Source: a virus
Taxonomy: Duplodnaviria; Caudoviricetes
Length of the DNA: 64,000 nucleotides
Direction: 5' to 3' (one strand)
IMG/VR virus record: IMGVR_UViG_3300031853_000011
Coordinates: 37,042-101,041 of that record
Shown here: positions 1 through 12,203 of the stretch, piece after piece
Layout of the letters: the number at the start of each line of letters is the position of its first letter
Numbering within the stretch: the stretch's first letter is position 1
Position numbers and translations under genes: made by a program
Notes under the pieces: model-generated
What the model saw: the letters and a program-made list of their open reading frames with translations, nothing else
Database searches by the model: none
Told to the model about the DNA's origin: nothing

Positions 1-29
1 GGTCGCGGGTCCGAATCCCGTTTTCCGCT
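1..29 (+). tRNA. 3' part of a tRNA, probably tRNA-Gly (truncated by window edge)
   Basis: T-arm GCGGG-TCCGAAT-CCCGT (5-21), acceptor 3' strand TTTCCGC and discriminator T29, typical of tRNA-Gly. The anticodon lies outside the window. Confidence 0.6.
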
Positions 30-36
30 CAAACAT

Positions 37-108
37 TGCCCTATGGTGTAATGGCTAGCACAGGAGGCTCTAACCCTCTTAGTCTGGGTTCGAATCCTAG
101 TGGGGTAA
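37..108 (+). tRNA. Amber suppressor tRNA (anticodon CTA), tRNA-Gln-type body
   Basis: Acceptor TGCCCTA/TGGGGTA with U1-A72 as in tRNA-Gln; D-arm GGTGTAATGGCTAGCAC; anticodon stem GGAGG/CCTCT with loop CT-CTA-AC (CTA at 70-72); T-arm CTGGG-TTCGAAT-CCTAG. Confidence 0.93.
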
Positions 109-132
109 CAAATAAAACTCAATATATACAAC

Positions 133-696
133 ATGGAAATTAAATATAAGAGATTATCGGAGAAAGCAGTAGCTCCAGTACGCGCACATAAGCATGACGC
201 AGGTTTTGATTTAACTGTCACTCGTATTACTACAGAGTTGAATGAGTGTGGACAGTTGTTGTTAGTTTATCATACAGATTTAGCTTTTGAAATTCCAGAT
301 GGTTATTATGGACAGTTGATGACTAGATCTTCTATCTGTAAAAAGTCACTTAGACTCACAACCTCTTCTTCTGTGATCGATTCTAACTATAGAGGTGAAA
401 TAACAGCTAAGTTTGTAGCAACGACAGATGTTGTCCCAGCTGTATATAGAGAAGGTGAACGATTCGCACAGTTGCTTATCTTACCTGTACCTGAGGTTGA
501 GTTTGTAGAATCAGATACTCTTAGTGAATCTGAACGAGGTGCAGAAGGATTTGGTTCAACTGATAATAATAGTAGCGCAGCTAACGATACAGATACCAAC
601 AAAAAAGAAGCTTCTGATAATACTGTATCTGATGAGCCAGCGGTGGATGCTGAAGCGACAACGGTCGTTAAAGAGGCATCTGAAGTAGCTGCATAA
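133..696 (+). CDS. dut: Trimeric dUTPase with acidic low-complexity C-terminal tail
   Basis: Motifs AGFDL, RSS, VIDSNYRGEI, RFAQL, RGAEGFGST. No TAG. Confidence 0.95.
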   Translation: MEIKYKRLSEKAVAPVRAHKHDAGFDLTVTRITTELNECGQLLLVYHTDLAFEIPDGYYGQLMTRSSICKKSLRLTTSSSVIDSNYRGEITAKFVATTDVVPAVYREGERFAQLLILPVPEVEFVESDTLSESERGAEGFGSTDNNSSAANDTDTNKKEASDNTVSDEPAVDAEATTVVKEASEVAA

Positions 697-720
697 TGCA
701 TGATGTAGTTACAATGTTAT

Positions 721-749
721 GGGGACTATCCAATTGGATAGGCCCTTTA
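721..749 (+). terminator. Probable intrinsic terminator hairpin
   Basis: GGGGACTATCC-AATT-GGATAGGCCCC followed by TTT, just after the dut stop. Confidence 0.65.
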
Positions 750-783
750 ACTGTTTATAGATATTAATGAAAATTACGTAATT

Positions 784-2979
784 ATGATAATTAAAAACAA
801 AAACATATACTATAGGACGTATGCTGCTTTTACTGTGGACAAAAATGCTGGAAACATCCCAAATACAGCTGTTGTCTACATAGCTGATAGAAAAATCATA
901 TATACGAATGGTGTTGAGTTTGGAATGACCGCCTCCGAAGATAAGGTGAGTAAAGCTTATGTTTCAAAAGATGAGCATGTAATTACAGACGAAGATGGTA
1001 ATCCTGAAGTTGACGAACACGGTGTAGAAAAAAAATATACCGGTACTGATCTTGTTTTTACAGATAACGACGGTAATATTGCAGCGCAGCTTACGATAAA
1101 TCCTTATAGAAATATATTGAGTGTGACAGATAATAATGGACATACAGGTTCTATGTATTTGCCACAATTAAGATTCGATGGTTATTCTTTACAAGCTACT
1201 TACGATAATTGGGAAAACGTAATAACACTATCGACACTCAATCCTTCTATACGTATAAAGAAGTTTGTATCCGAAATACCTCATAAGTGGCATTGGATGC
1301 GTATGACAGACGAATAGTTAGCGTATTGGTCATCTAGTGCCAACATGTAGGCATCTCTTTAGACCACCTTATCAAGCGCAGGAAGAGTGTTAACTAAAGA
1401 GTCTCCTTTAACTTCTTGGACAGATACTAATACAATTGACACAAGTGTTTATTATAACACATAGGGTGATTATATAGCAGCAGATTTAGACACACCGTCT
1501 AGCGTAAATTTTTATTCAAACGGACTTGCTAATTATGATTTTTATCAGTGGGTGAACGATGCTGACACGCTTGGTTGTGAGGCTGGTGATATTATTGCTG
1601 TTGGAGTAGAAGGTAATTGGAAAATCTATTCTCTAGTTGAAGTTAAAACCGCAAAGCTTACAACTGAATATAAATGGAAATATGTTGCAAACCTTGGTGC
1701 AAATATTTAGAATATAACAACTGTTACATAGACAGGTACATCTGATATTGCTGTAATGACACAAGGTGCTGTAACAAAAGCTCTTCAAGATCTTAAGAAA
1801 TATTTTAAAACAAACATTGAAGGTTTGGCTGAGTATGAAGATATTAAAGATCTTTAGAATTAGATAAAAGCATTAGACGATACAAATTCTTTATTGGAAG
1901 CTAAATATAGCGAAAGAATTACACAACTTACAGCGATAATTACCAACAAAGTGTTGAAAGCCATAACAACACTTGAAGAAGATATGGTTATTGTGCAAAA
2001 AGCAATAACGGAACTTCGTGGTAATGATGAGTAGTTAGAAAAAGAAATTACAGAAAATAAAGACGCTATTACTGCACTTTCGATAACAGTTCAAGAAAAC
2101 AAAGATGCTATTGCTGCACATTAGGCTAAAATACTTTAGTTAGAGCAATCTATTGCTAATGTTAATGAATAGATTGAAGGTCTTGAACAAAAAACTGATA
2201 CTCTAAATCTAGGATTGAGCGAATTATCTGACAAAATAACGTCAAATAGCAACAATATACAAAATCTTAGTGAATAGTACGAAAAGGTATTGAATGTGTC
2301 TCAAGCTGCTGCAGATGGTATATCTACAATTAACAGAAATCTAGATATAGTACAAGGTAATTTAAATGATGAGGTCACAAGAGCTAAGGCTGCAGAAACA
2401 GACTTGTATTCAAAGATTAACATGGTGTCGAGAGAATCTATAACAGGTAAGTTTGAAGTGTTAAGCATTGATGAATATAATGCTTTGTACGATGCCGAGT
2501 ACTATTGGACAGATACTGGACTTGGAAATTTAGCTCCTGATGCAGGTTATGATCAACTTAGTTCAACGTTTGCTAAAAAGTATAATGTGGTAAGATGGAG
2601 TAAAGACACTGTAGGAAGCCCTTATTCTTCAAAAGGAGTAGGTCCTTACACGTTAGCAGAATTAACTGACGATAATGGAGATTATCCAGAACTTAATCAA
2701 AATTATCAATTCACAGGTAATAGCGACGTAACAAAAGATTATACAGTTTGGCAGTTAACACAATCTATTACATCTGATCGTAGACAAAACGATGTTTATT
2801 ATTTTGTATACGGCGGTAAAACAAATAGTGGTAGTAGCAGTAGCAGCAGTAGTGATAGCGGTAGCAGCTCAACACCATCTATAAATGTAACATTTGATCA
2901 AAGCACTAATGCTTTAATGTTTAAATCATCTACAAATGCAACATTTGATCAAAACACTAACGCTTTAATATTTAAATAA
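784..2979 (+). CDS. Putative tail fibre/virion protein with long coiled coil (731 aa, TAG read-through)
   Basis: ORFs 784..1317 and 2290..2979 share a frame and are linked through TAG codons. Heptad-rich region about 1780-2420, Ser-rich linker, ends in TAA. Confidence 0.7.
2890..2976 (+). repeat. 36-nt imperfect direct repeat encoding TFDQ(S/N)TNAL(M/I)FK twice
   Basis: acatttgatcaaagcactaatgctttaatgtttaaa (2890-2925) vs acatttgatcaaaacactaacgctttaatatttaaa (2941-2976). Confidence 0.8.
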
Positions 2980-2980
2980 C

Positions 2981-4366
2981 ATGAGTAATAATATAGAAAG
3001 AATGACTGTAGATGGTGCTAGTCACGAAGTTGGATTACGCAACATTTATATAAACGAAAAAGGAAATTTTAATATAGAAACTTCAAGTAATCTTGGTAAC
3101 ACTAAAAAAGGCAAGATTAACATAGAGGGAATGGATGATGTCCAGATTAAACCTGGAGACGATATCATATTTTACTCACATCACAGACCTGCTGGTAAGA
3201 ATGATGAAGTTTCATTAAAGGTGCATAATGGCGACGACGTTCCTGTAAAATTACAGATTAACGCGGCAAACCTTACTATTACTACAAAAGATAAAGATTT
3301 AACAGCAACGTATCCTGACGACACAATCAAGACAGAACCTACTTCTAAATCTGCAGAGAGTGAAATATTTGATGTAAATATTAATACTGGTAATAAAGAA
3401 GGTAACAAGAAGGGTTATCTTAAAGTCCGTGCAAGAGCTATTGATTTAAGATGTGAAGAACACGGTGGTATATCATTACAACCTAATGGTAATGATGGTG
3501 AAGGGCATGAAAACAAAATCAAATTTGAACACGGCGGCGGAGACGGTCTTGAATTTGGAACTTTCAATACTTAGAAAAGTTCTTTATATACTGACGAATA
3601 TAGATTTAATAAATACGGAATTGTTAAAGCAGCAACAAGACAAACTGAAGTATCAGATAAGTATGAGAACGGAAACGAAACAACTCATTACAAGTATCAA
3701 AAACAAGCTGATGACTTCTACGATGTAATAGATGAAACTGATGAACAGGCAACTTGGAACAGTATCATTAAGACAGGTAATGCTTTTAATGACGGTAAAA
3801 ATCGACACGCTAAAATAACAAGCAGTGGTAATCTTGAAATTGAAACTTGCAAAACCTATCAATGGGAAGCAAGTGGAGGAGATGCAGAAACAAAATGGGA
3901 AGACAGTAATACATCAGATGTAACCAAGATATATAACGAAGGTGATTTTACTAAAGGATTACCTGATCCAACTTTGCACTATAGCATTACTACCGTTAAT
4001 AACGGTGTAGATTCTGTCGGTGTATATATGCTAAAGACTATTGATAGTCCTAACATCAATCTTGAAAGTGGTGGTAAACTGAAGCTTGATTCCGCAAAGG
4101 ACGTAACCATTACAACAGGAACAGGTGATACTGACTATTTAAATATCAATACACCACAGATTAAATTTGAATACAAGCTGTCTAAGAAAGGTAAAATCCA
4201 AGGTGCAGACCCAACAATTTCCTACGTAGAGACAAACAACTACGGTGATGGTTCTTCATTAGGTTGGACAGGTGATCAGACGAAAGATAGTTCTACTTCC
4301 ATATCTTGTAAGTTATCAGATATAATCAAGTTGGTAAACTATGCTAAAAATCAAAATTGGATCTGA
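2981..4366 (+). CDS. Putative beta-rich tail fibre/spike protein (461 aa, one TAG)
   Basis: 2981..3574 and 3974..4366 are in frame and joined by the TAG at 3572. Alternating-hydrophobic beta-strand pattern; ends in TGA. Confidence 0.65.
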
Positions 4367-4387
4367 TTAACGTGAACGAAAAACAAT

Positions 4388-4597
4388 ATGATAAATATAA
4401 ATAAAAAAGACATCACAAATATACAGGCGTTAGGTCATAAAATAACGTCTGTATATGTTGGAGATAAGTTAGTTTGGGGAATTGGGGGTTTAATATCTGC
4501 GATAGATCCTTCAACATCTGCAGGATCTAACTTCTTAACAAATGACGGTTATGTCATAATAACCAGTGATGGTTTAGTATTTAATGTAAAAGAATAA
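4388..4597 (+). CDS. Small tail-associated hypothetical protein (69 aa)
   Basis: ATG..TAA ORF tightly packed between neighbours, with an 'ITSVYVGDKLVW' motif common in small phage tail proteins. Confidence 0.65.
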   Translation: MININKKDITNIQALGHKITSVYVGDKLVWGIGGLISAIDPSTSAGSNFLTNDGYVIITSDGLVFNVKE

Positions 4598-4599
4598 AC

Positions 4600-7500
4600 A
4601 TGGCAACATATACATCAAAATATAAAGGTAAAGAAATAGACGACTTGTTGAGGCGAGCTGACGAAGCTCCTATGATCTTATATTACGATCAAGCAGCTGC
4701 TTTATATAGAGCATTTACAACAGAAGCTAAAAGAGACGCATGGTTGTCGGATCCTGAGATGTATGCATCTTACGAATTATTTAACTTCGTTGCTCCTGCT
4801 CCATATGCGATAACACTATCCGGTTTAAGTCCTGCAAACTATTACATAGAAGGAACGGAAAGTATCCTTATGTAGTATTCAATGGTTACTGCAGACGGTA
4901 ATGGCGGTACTGTCAGTGAAGGTGCTAAAGTAACATATAAAGTTGAAAACGAAGGTAGTTCTGAGACGTGGGTTAGTTATTTGTCTGCAGCAGAAACAGC
5001 ATCTGTCATAAGTGTAGAATTAGCAGATCACTTACATGCTGGTTATAACGCTTTAACAATAACTATTGTTGGAAATGAAACAGGTGCTACAAAATCAACT
5101 ACAATATCTTATACAATTGTTACATTGAGTTTGGATGTTGCGTTTAATATAAACAAAGTATGGGACAATCAAAATAAGATGAATTTATCTTATCTTGCCC
5201 TTGGATCAAGTGATAAACAAACCAACTTTGTAATAGATGGAACAGAGACGACATAGAGCACTACTGTTGGTACAAACACAAGTAGAACTAACGTTAGTCT
5301 TGATATATCTTCATTAACTCCAGGTAGACACACATTGCAGGCATATACTGTAATGGACGTTAATGGTATTACATATCAAACTCCTACATACTTCTATGAG
5401 TTTATTGTAACAGGCGACGCATCTTCTGAATATACAACAATATCATATCAATATGCAAAAGGTACAATTCTTGCAAAATCAGATAGACCTACTATTCAGT
5501 GGGAAGCGTATACAACTTGTACGTTACATTGGGGTTTTTATACTCCAAGTATTACAAAAGCACATACTACTGTAGAATGGTACCTTATCAAAGACGATTC
5601 AAAAAAATTAATAAAATCGGCTTATGTCGAAAATCAAAATGATACAGAACTTGCAGATTTAAAGTTTGTTCCATCAGAAAGTGGAACATACACTCTACAG
5701 GCAGAGGTTGAAGGAACTATAGTTGGTCAATATACAGCTACTGTATCAGTAAACGGGGATGGTATTTCTGAAACAACCGATTATTTAGGTTTAAAATTAT
5801 CAGCGTTAAATAAGAGTAACAACGATGATGACGAATAGAAAAACAATTGGTCATATGGCGCATACTCTACAACATTCAACAATGTACCATTTAACGACAC
5901 ATGTGGTTGGATAAACGATGCGTTATGGCTGACAAACGGAGCAACTGCGTCTATCAATTATGCACCATTTGCATTTCATCCTACAACACAAGGTTGTACA
6001 TTTGAGATTGAATTTGAAACATACGGTGTTCTTGATGAAACTGCCAATGTAGTTACAGTAGATACTGGTGATGGTGTTAGTGGTAAACTTGAAATATCAG
6101 CAACAAAAGCAACACTTACTTCGGCTCTTGGAACAAAGTCAAGCATTGTAACAACTCGTTACAAAGACGGAGAACGTATTAAATTGGCATTCGTCATAAA
6201 CCCTATTGATAGTAGTATATCTAATGATAATAATACTGTTATGATTATCAACGACGGTGTTATTGAACGTTGTGCTGCTTATGATAGTTCCGACAACTAT
6301 AACTCAACAGCTACAATCACATTAGGTAATGCAGATGCTTTAGCAGGTGTTAAGATTTATAATATTCGTTGTTATCAAATGGCCCTTACAGAAAACCAAG
6401 AGTTTAATCATTATGTGATAGACTCTGAAGACAGTGTTGGTATTGTTAACAACAATGATATTTATGTACCTGGTTCAAATGTAGTATCTGTATCCAAACT
6501 TCAATCTAAGATTGACACAATTCTTATCGATGGTGCTGTAAACACACTCGGTGCTAATAAAAATAAGACAACTATTATAGGTACTGTACAAAGAATCTGT
6601 CCTTATGATTCAAGCAAAAACTTTACTATTGAAAACTGTACATTACGAACACATGGTCAGTCTACACTTGGTACACCTGTACCTTCAATAAAGTTTTGGA
6701 GTAAAAAAGGTGGGGCTGTTATGACAGAAGGATTGATTAGTCAATCTAACAGACCAGTAATACCTAAGGGTCGTTATCAATTTAAAGAAAAATCCGCACC
6801 TGCTAATAAATGGGTACTACAAGCCAACTATCAGGATTCGTCTGGCGTACATAACGGAGGTATTGAAAGATTGTTAAACGATACTTGGTATGATGCTAAA
6901 GTTGGAGATAATTATGTATTAAGAACACCTCCACAGGCAGTTGCAGCTGATTGGGCAAATCAACAGGGACCTGATGGCGCTAAGTTTAATAGTGAATTCC
7001 CTTATAATGTAAGAACTGGTGCAGATAGCTTACCTTGTGTTGTATGCTGGAGACCTACTGGTAGCACAGATCCCTATCAATTCTTAGGAAACTATGTGCT
7101 AATGGATGATAAGAAGAGTGATTACAACTTTGGAGAGAGAAGTTTGTATAATTGTAAAAAAGATCCTTATAAATTCCTTGAATCAGATAGTAATAAAGCT
7201 GAGTATGATGAATATACAAGAATATGGGATAATAAAAACACTCTTCAAATCGAGGTACTTCGTAACACGAACGAGTTGTCAATGTACGAATCAGCAGACA
7301 CATACTTTAACACAAACGAAGATGGAGTAAGGTGGCAACAAGCTTTTGAATTTATCTATCCAGATTAGGATGACCTAGAAGCGGATGGTAAACTTGAACA
7401 GTACGCAACGTTATTCCACGACAACTATGTGAAACCGCTGTGTGACACATATCAAAATCACGAAGCTTTTAGAGCATGGGCTACAGAGCATCTTGATTTA

Positions 7501-10500
7501 TACAAGATGGCAGCTTATTATATCTTCTTGATGCGATTCGGACTTGTCGATAATATTGTACGTAATGCGTAGATAAAAACATACGATGGTGTTAAATGGT
7601 GGTTTGAACCTTGGGATATGGATATTGCTTGCGGTCTTCGTAATGATGGTAAGTTAATGTTTGATCCACCTATTACTCGAGACACAAAAGACCCTGATAA
7701 TCCAGAAAAAGGTTGGGCGTTCGGTGGTAGATCTCGAAACATGAACGAAGATGAAGATACTGATGTAGAATCAGAAGACACCAGTCTACACTCTTGTTGG
7801 TTATGGGATGCTTTAGAGCAATGGGATCATTTCTCATCAGATATAGTTCCAGCTGTAGCAGAATCTTTGTACAAAGCCGGTTTGCAATACACTGCTGTAA
7901 ACAAGATGTTCGACGAGAATTACTCAAATTACTGGTGTGAAAAATTATACAACAGTAATGGTAGAACAAAATACATTGATCAGTTTAAACAGTATAACAA
8001 TGCTGGTTATTTAAGTAACTTGCAAGGTAAACGTGAGACACATAGACACTGGTGGTTGAAGTCATCGTTCGACTATTGGGATTCTAAATGGGTTGTTGGT
8101 GATTATACGCAAAGACAGTTATACATTCGTTCTAATGGTGCACCAGCTAACAGTAACATGACAGTTACAGCAGCACGTACTATGTATTACGGTTGGGGTA
8201 AAGGTGGTGCAGGAGGTCCTGTACAAACTGGAGTTCTTATTAATAAAGGTGAAACTTATTCATTTAAGACAGACTCTTTGTCACAAACTGCTGACCCTTA
8301 TGTATTATATCAACCATTCTATTATAGTAAGATTGATCTTTCAAGTTTAGCTCCTTATTTCAACATGATTCAGTTTGATGGATGTACTGATGAAGTCATT
8401 GGATCTTTTATCAAAGAACTTAATATTGGTATATCTACTACAGATTTAGGAAACGGTGTTATAAATGCTGGTAATGTTACATTCTCGGATATGGCTAATA
8501 TAACAAGTACTGACGGAAAGGCTGTACCTAACTTGGCAAAAGTTGAGAAATTCAACATACAAGGTCTTGCTAAAGGTGCGTCAATGGAAGGTTTTAATAT
8601 GGTCAACATGACTGGACTTAAAGAATTCTATGCCGGATGTAGTGGTTTGAATAGCATTAGTGCAGAAACATTCCCTAGTGGTATCACATTAGATAAACTA
8701 TATCTAAATGACACTATCAAATCTATTTAGATGAACGGTGTTGATTGGAAAGATATTAAGTTTATGGATTCTAATTCATATTCTTATGAATCAACAATTC
8801 CTTCTAGTATAACAAACTTGTATTTTACAAACATGGGGTCAAGCCTTAATGTAAAATCGTTTGTATTAAGTTGGTTGAATGGAAAGACTGATGCAGAACT
8901 TGCGAACTGTACATGTATTCTCAAAGATCTTAAGTGGGAAGGAGTGTCTATAGACGATGTATTTAAACTTGGTAAACTACCTGAAACAAGTAAGAGTAAT
9001 TTTACAGGTTACATTATCGTAGATGCAGCAACTCTTGAAACTGGTGAATTTACATCACAGCAGGCTAAGTAGCTCACAGATATGTTTGGTGATACGATCT
9101 TTACATATGGTGCTAAGTTTGTAATTAGTACAACAAGAGGTTTTACTATTTCTGTAACAGGTGATACTGAAATCAACGAAAGAGGTGAAATGTGTATTGT
9201 CGAAGGTAGTGAGGTTAAATTCGATGCAATTCTGTTCCCTGTAGAAAAGAGAGATTTAGATCTTACTTGGAATATTTCACAAGCACAGGTTAGTGTTGGT
9301 AAAGATGTTTAGAATATAGTATCTTACCAATCTTTAACTCTTAATAGAACTACAGGTGTAATGACGTCTGAAGAAAGTTCATATTAGTATGAAAACGCCG
9401 GAAGAGACGCTACAATTACTGTACAAGATGCTAGTGACACCACTATTCGAGGAAACCTTAGTTTTAATGTGATTAAAAAATCTTACCCTAAGTCTGTTGA
9501 ACTTAAGACTGTAGATTACATGCAGTCTATAGACAATGATGAATTGTTTGTAACAAACAGTGATAATGTTAAAATTGCAATAGACCCTAAAGATGCTAAC
9601 GGTAACGATTTAGATTTCACTGGAACTATAGAAAGTGCAACATGGTCTCTTGATTGCGAAGACGACATATGTGCAATAGTTGAAAGAGATGTGAATTTAA
9701 GATATTGCAAAATACAAGGTAAGACTTTTGGAGACAAAACTCCAATAAATTGTACACTTAAGCTTGTAATAAGATTTGCAAACAAATCAGTTTTTACAAA
9801 AACGATAACTTTGCATTTGATAGCCGAATATGCCGTGCTATACAAAAGTTCTTAGACAGGTAATCCTTATTTGTATAGCGTGTTTGAAAACCTACTTGGT
9901 AAAAAGGAAGGAAACGCTGCGTTTACAAACGTAGATTTGTCAAAGTATGCTGGAAATTTGATTTTAGGAAGAACATATGCCGATGGGAAGGCCACAACAA
10001 ATACAGATACGTCATTTACATCTTTTATCGGAGATGCTAATGTCACAGGAAGCAATGTGTTAAATTATTTAACAAATGTCGACTATTTGTATTGTGAATT
10101 TACAAGTTCATTTAATGGTGCTATAGACACAACAGGTATGACATCGTTGACTGGTATTATGCTATCTTCCAATAACGGAACACTGCCTACGTTTACAGAG
10201 TTAAAAATAAATGCAGAAAATTTAAAATAGTGGATTTATGCTACTGCAGAAACTATAAATAATGTAGACATAACAAACCTTAATTTGAATTGTGCATTCC
10301 AACCTAGTGCAACTACATTTACTGGATATTTTAAAGTACAAGGTTCTGGATGTAAGTCATTATGGTCTGCAATAATGAGAGATATTAAACCTTTTGTTGG
10401 AATTACAGATGAAATATCAATTAATAGCGATGCAGATGAAACCATAACTGATTATTCTACCGTTCCTAATATAGGTCGTTTGCTTATTTATAAAGATGCT

Positions 10501-11382
10501 AAGTTTAATAAATTTGGAAATGACGAATATTACAATACAACGGATCTAGACAGTATTGAAACATTTAATCCAATTGCCGATGATAAGATTTCGTTCAGCG
10601 GTAATTTAATCGTAGATGTGTCTACAAGACAAGGTTATGTTGATTACATCACTAACAATACTAATATTACTGTAACATGTAATAAAGAAGCATTTATGGA
10701 TTTTAAAGATAGAAATGCTGAGGCGTTAGTGTTACAAGCTGTAAACGGAAAGACTTATAAAGAAAAGGTAGGTACTACTTATGTTACAAAAACAATAGAC
10801 TCTACATATGGTGTACTTGGAAGTTGGTTAAGTTCATTATCTCTTGGTACAGCTATACCTAGTAGTGTAAAACACTTCCCAGAATTAGGATATTTTGGCG
10901 GAATGTCATTTACTAAATGTTTGGTTGGTAGTAACATGACTTCTGTAATATTACCTAGAACTAGTTGGGACATGAGTCAAGGTTTAATAGCTTCAATACC
11001 TAGTACTTTTACATATCTTGACTTTGGTTTGCAAACAAGCATTTATAAATACAACGGAACCCACAAGTGTAGATATTTGATTTTACATGGAGATAATAAA
11101 TTCTATGTAGAACAGCAGGGAGGTGCTCAGGACGCAGCATCATGGTTGTATAGTAAATCAGACTCAACGCCGTCTTATTTATTTGTAAAAGACTCTTTAG
11201 CAGACACGTATGCTCAAGATGAGTACTTTTAGAATTATTATCTTGTGAGATTAACACAAGCTTACGATGATGATCCGCACGCGTTATATGAATTATACTA
11301 TAACGAGAAAGTATTGAATAAAGATACTGGATTTACAGATTATATAAATGCAAACTTAATAACATCTGTAAGTGCTTCATAA
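4600..11382 (+). CDS. Giant tail-region protein (2260 aa) with Ig-like domains, CotH-like kinase domain and leucine-rich repeats
   Basis: All + strand fragments from 4600 to 11232 share one frame and end in TAG; the first TAA is at 11380. CotH-like motifs RTHGQST, ANYQDSS, FLGNYVLMDDK, GLVDNIVRNA, WWFEPWDMDIACG. LRR-like repeats about 8520-8830 and near the C-terminus. Confidence 0.75.
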
Positions 11383-11393
11383 TAAAAATATTA

Positions 11394-11436
11394 ACCCTAG
11401 GTCGCTTAAGGCGTGGTCTTCGATGACGCCTAGGGT
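11394..11436 (+). promoter_or_regulatory. GC-rich intergenic stem-loop between the tail-fibre and packaging modules
   Basis: ACCCTAGG(11394-11401)/CCTAGGGT(11429-11436) inverted repeat, plus inner AGGCGT/ACGCCT pairing. Confidence 0.5.
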
Positions 11437-11455
11437 ACATCTAAACTTATTTAAT

Positions 11456-11968
11456 ATGTTTGATATACAAGGAACAAAGATTAAGCTCAGCCCAGATGAT
11501 CTAGCTATACCACCATTTAAAGATCATTTTAATAACTCTGAAGATAAAGAGTAGGCGCTGAAGGAAATAGAATATGCTATATGGCTTACTAAATGGAATA
11601 CTCCATATGAAGCATATCCAGAGAAAGAACGACCTGCCAGAGTAGCTAAAGATGTATTTGGCGACGAACATTATAAGCCGACAGAGGACGTTAAAATATT
11701 AATGAAACGTTTCCGTGAATTTTAGGAGACTCCTAGTACTCGTCTATTAGCTGCATCTAAAACTGCTGCTGAAGGATTGATAGAAACTCTTACTGATTAT
11801 TCTAGAGCTGCTATGGATGTTGATACAGCAATTAAGGTTACTAGAATTCTAAAAGATGTTGGAGGAGTTGTTAAGTCTTTGGATATAACTTTAAAACAAG
11901 CTAGAGCAGAACAATTAAACACAGGTAAAGTCAAAGGTGGTGGTACAATTGGACTTTATGAAAGATAA
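11456..11968 (+). CDS. Hypothetical protein upstream of terminase (170 aa; small terminase candidate)
   Basis: ATG 11456, two in-frame TAGs, TAA at 11966. Helical composition; position suggests TerS (inference only). Confidence 0.65.
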
Positions 11969-11973
11969 TTAAT

Positions 11974-12192
11974 ATGGACAAAGATAAAAAATGGTAGGTT
12001 GATTTCTATTATATAGTTCTTGACGGAGAAAGAGATGAAGACGGACTTCGGAAAGTAGAGCATATTAAAAAAGCTTATATGACCCTTGACGAAGCTGAGT
12101 CTTACTTTAATAATGAATTGAAACCGAAATACGACCCTAATAAATACTGTGTTTGGTATGATTACGGCGAAATTATCAACAAGTCTGAATAA
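11974..12192 (+). CDS. Small hypothetical protein (72 aa; absent from the ORF track because of TAG at codon 8)
   Basis: MDKDKKWQVDFYYIVLDGERDEDG...NKSE-TAA fills the gap between neighbours exactly. Confidence 0.6.
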
Positions 12193-12203
12193 TATTTATA
12201 ATC

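Noticed and set aside
2827-2868. AGT/AGC triplet run as a regulatory microsatellite
   Set aside because: It encodes an in-frame Ser/Gly linker.
11372-11455. Track starts at 11372 (and likewise 27289 and 28017)
   Set aside because: They overlap upstream genes or hairpins. The downstream ATGs (11456, 27322, 28038) have typical AT-rich Bacteroidota start contexts.
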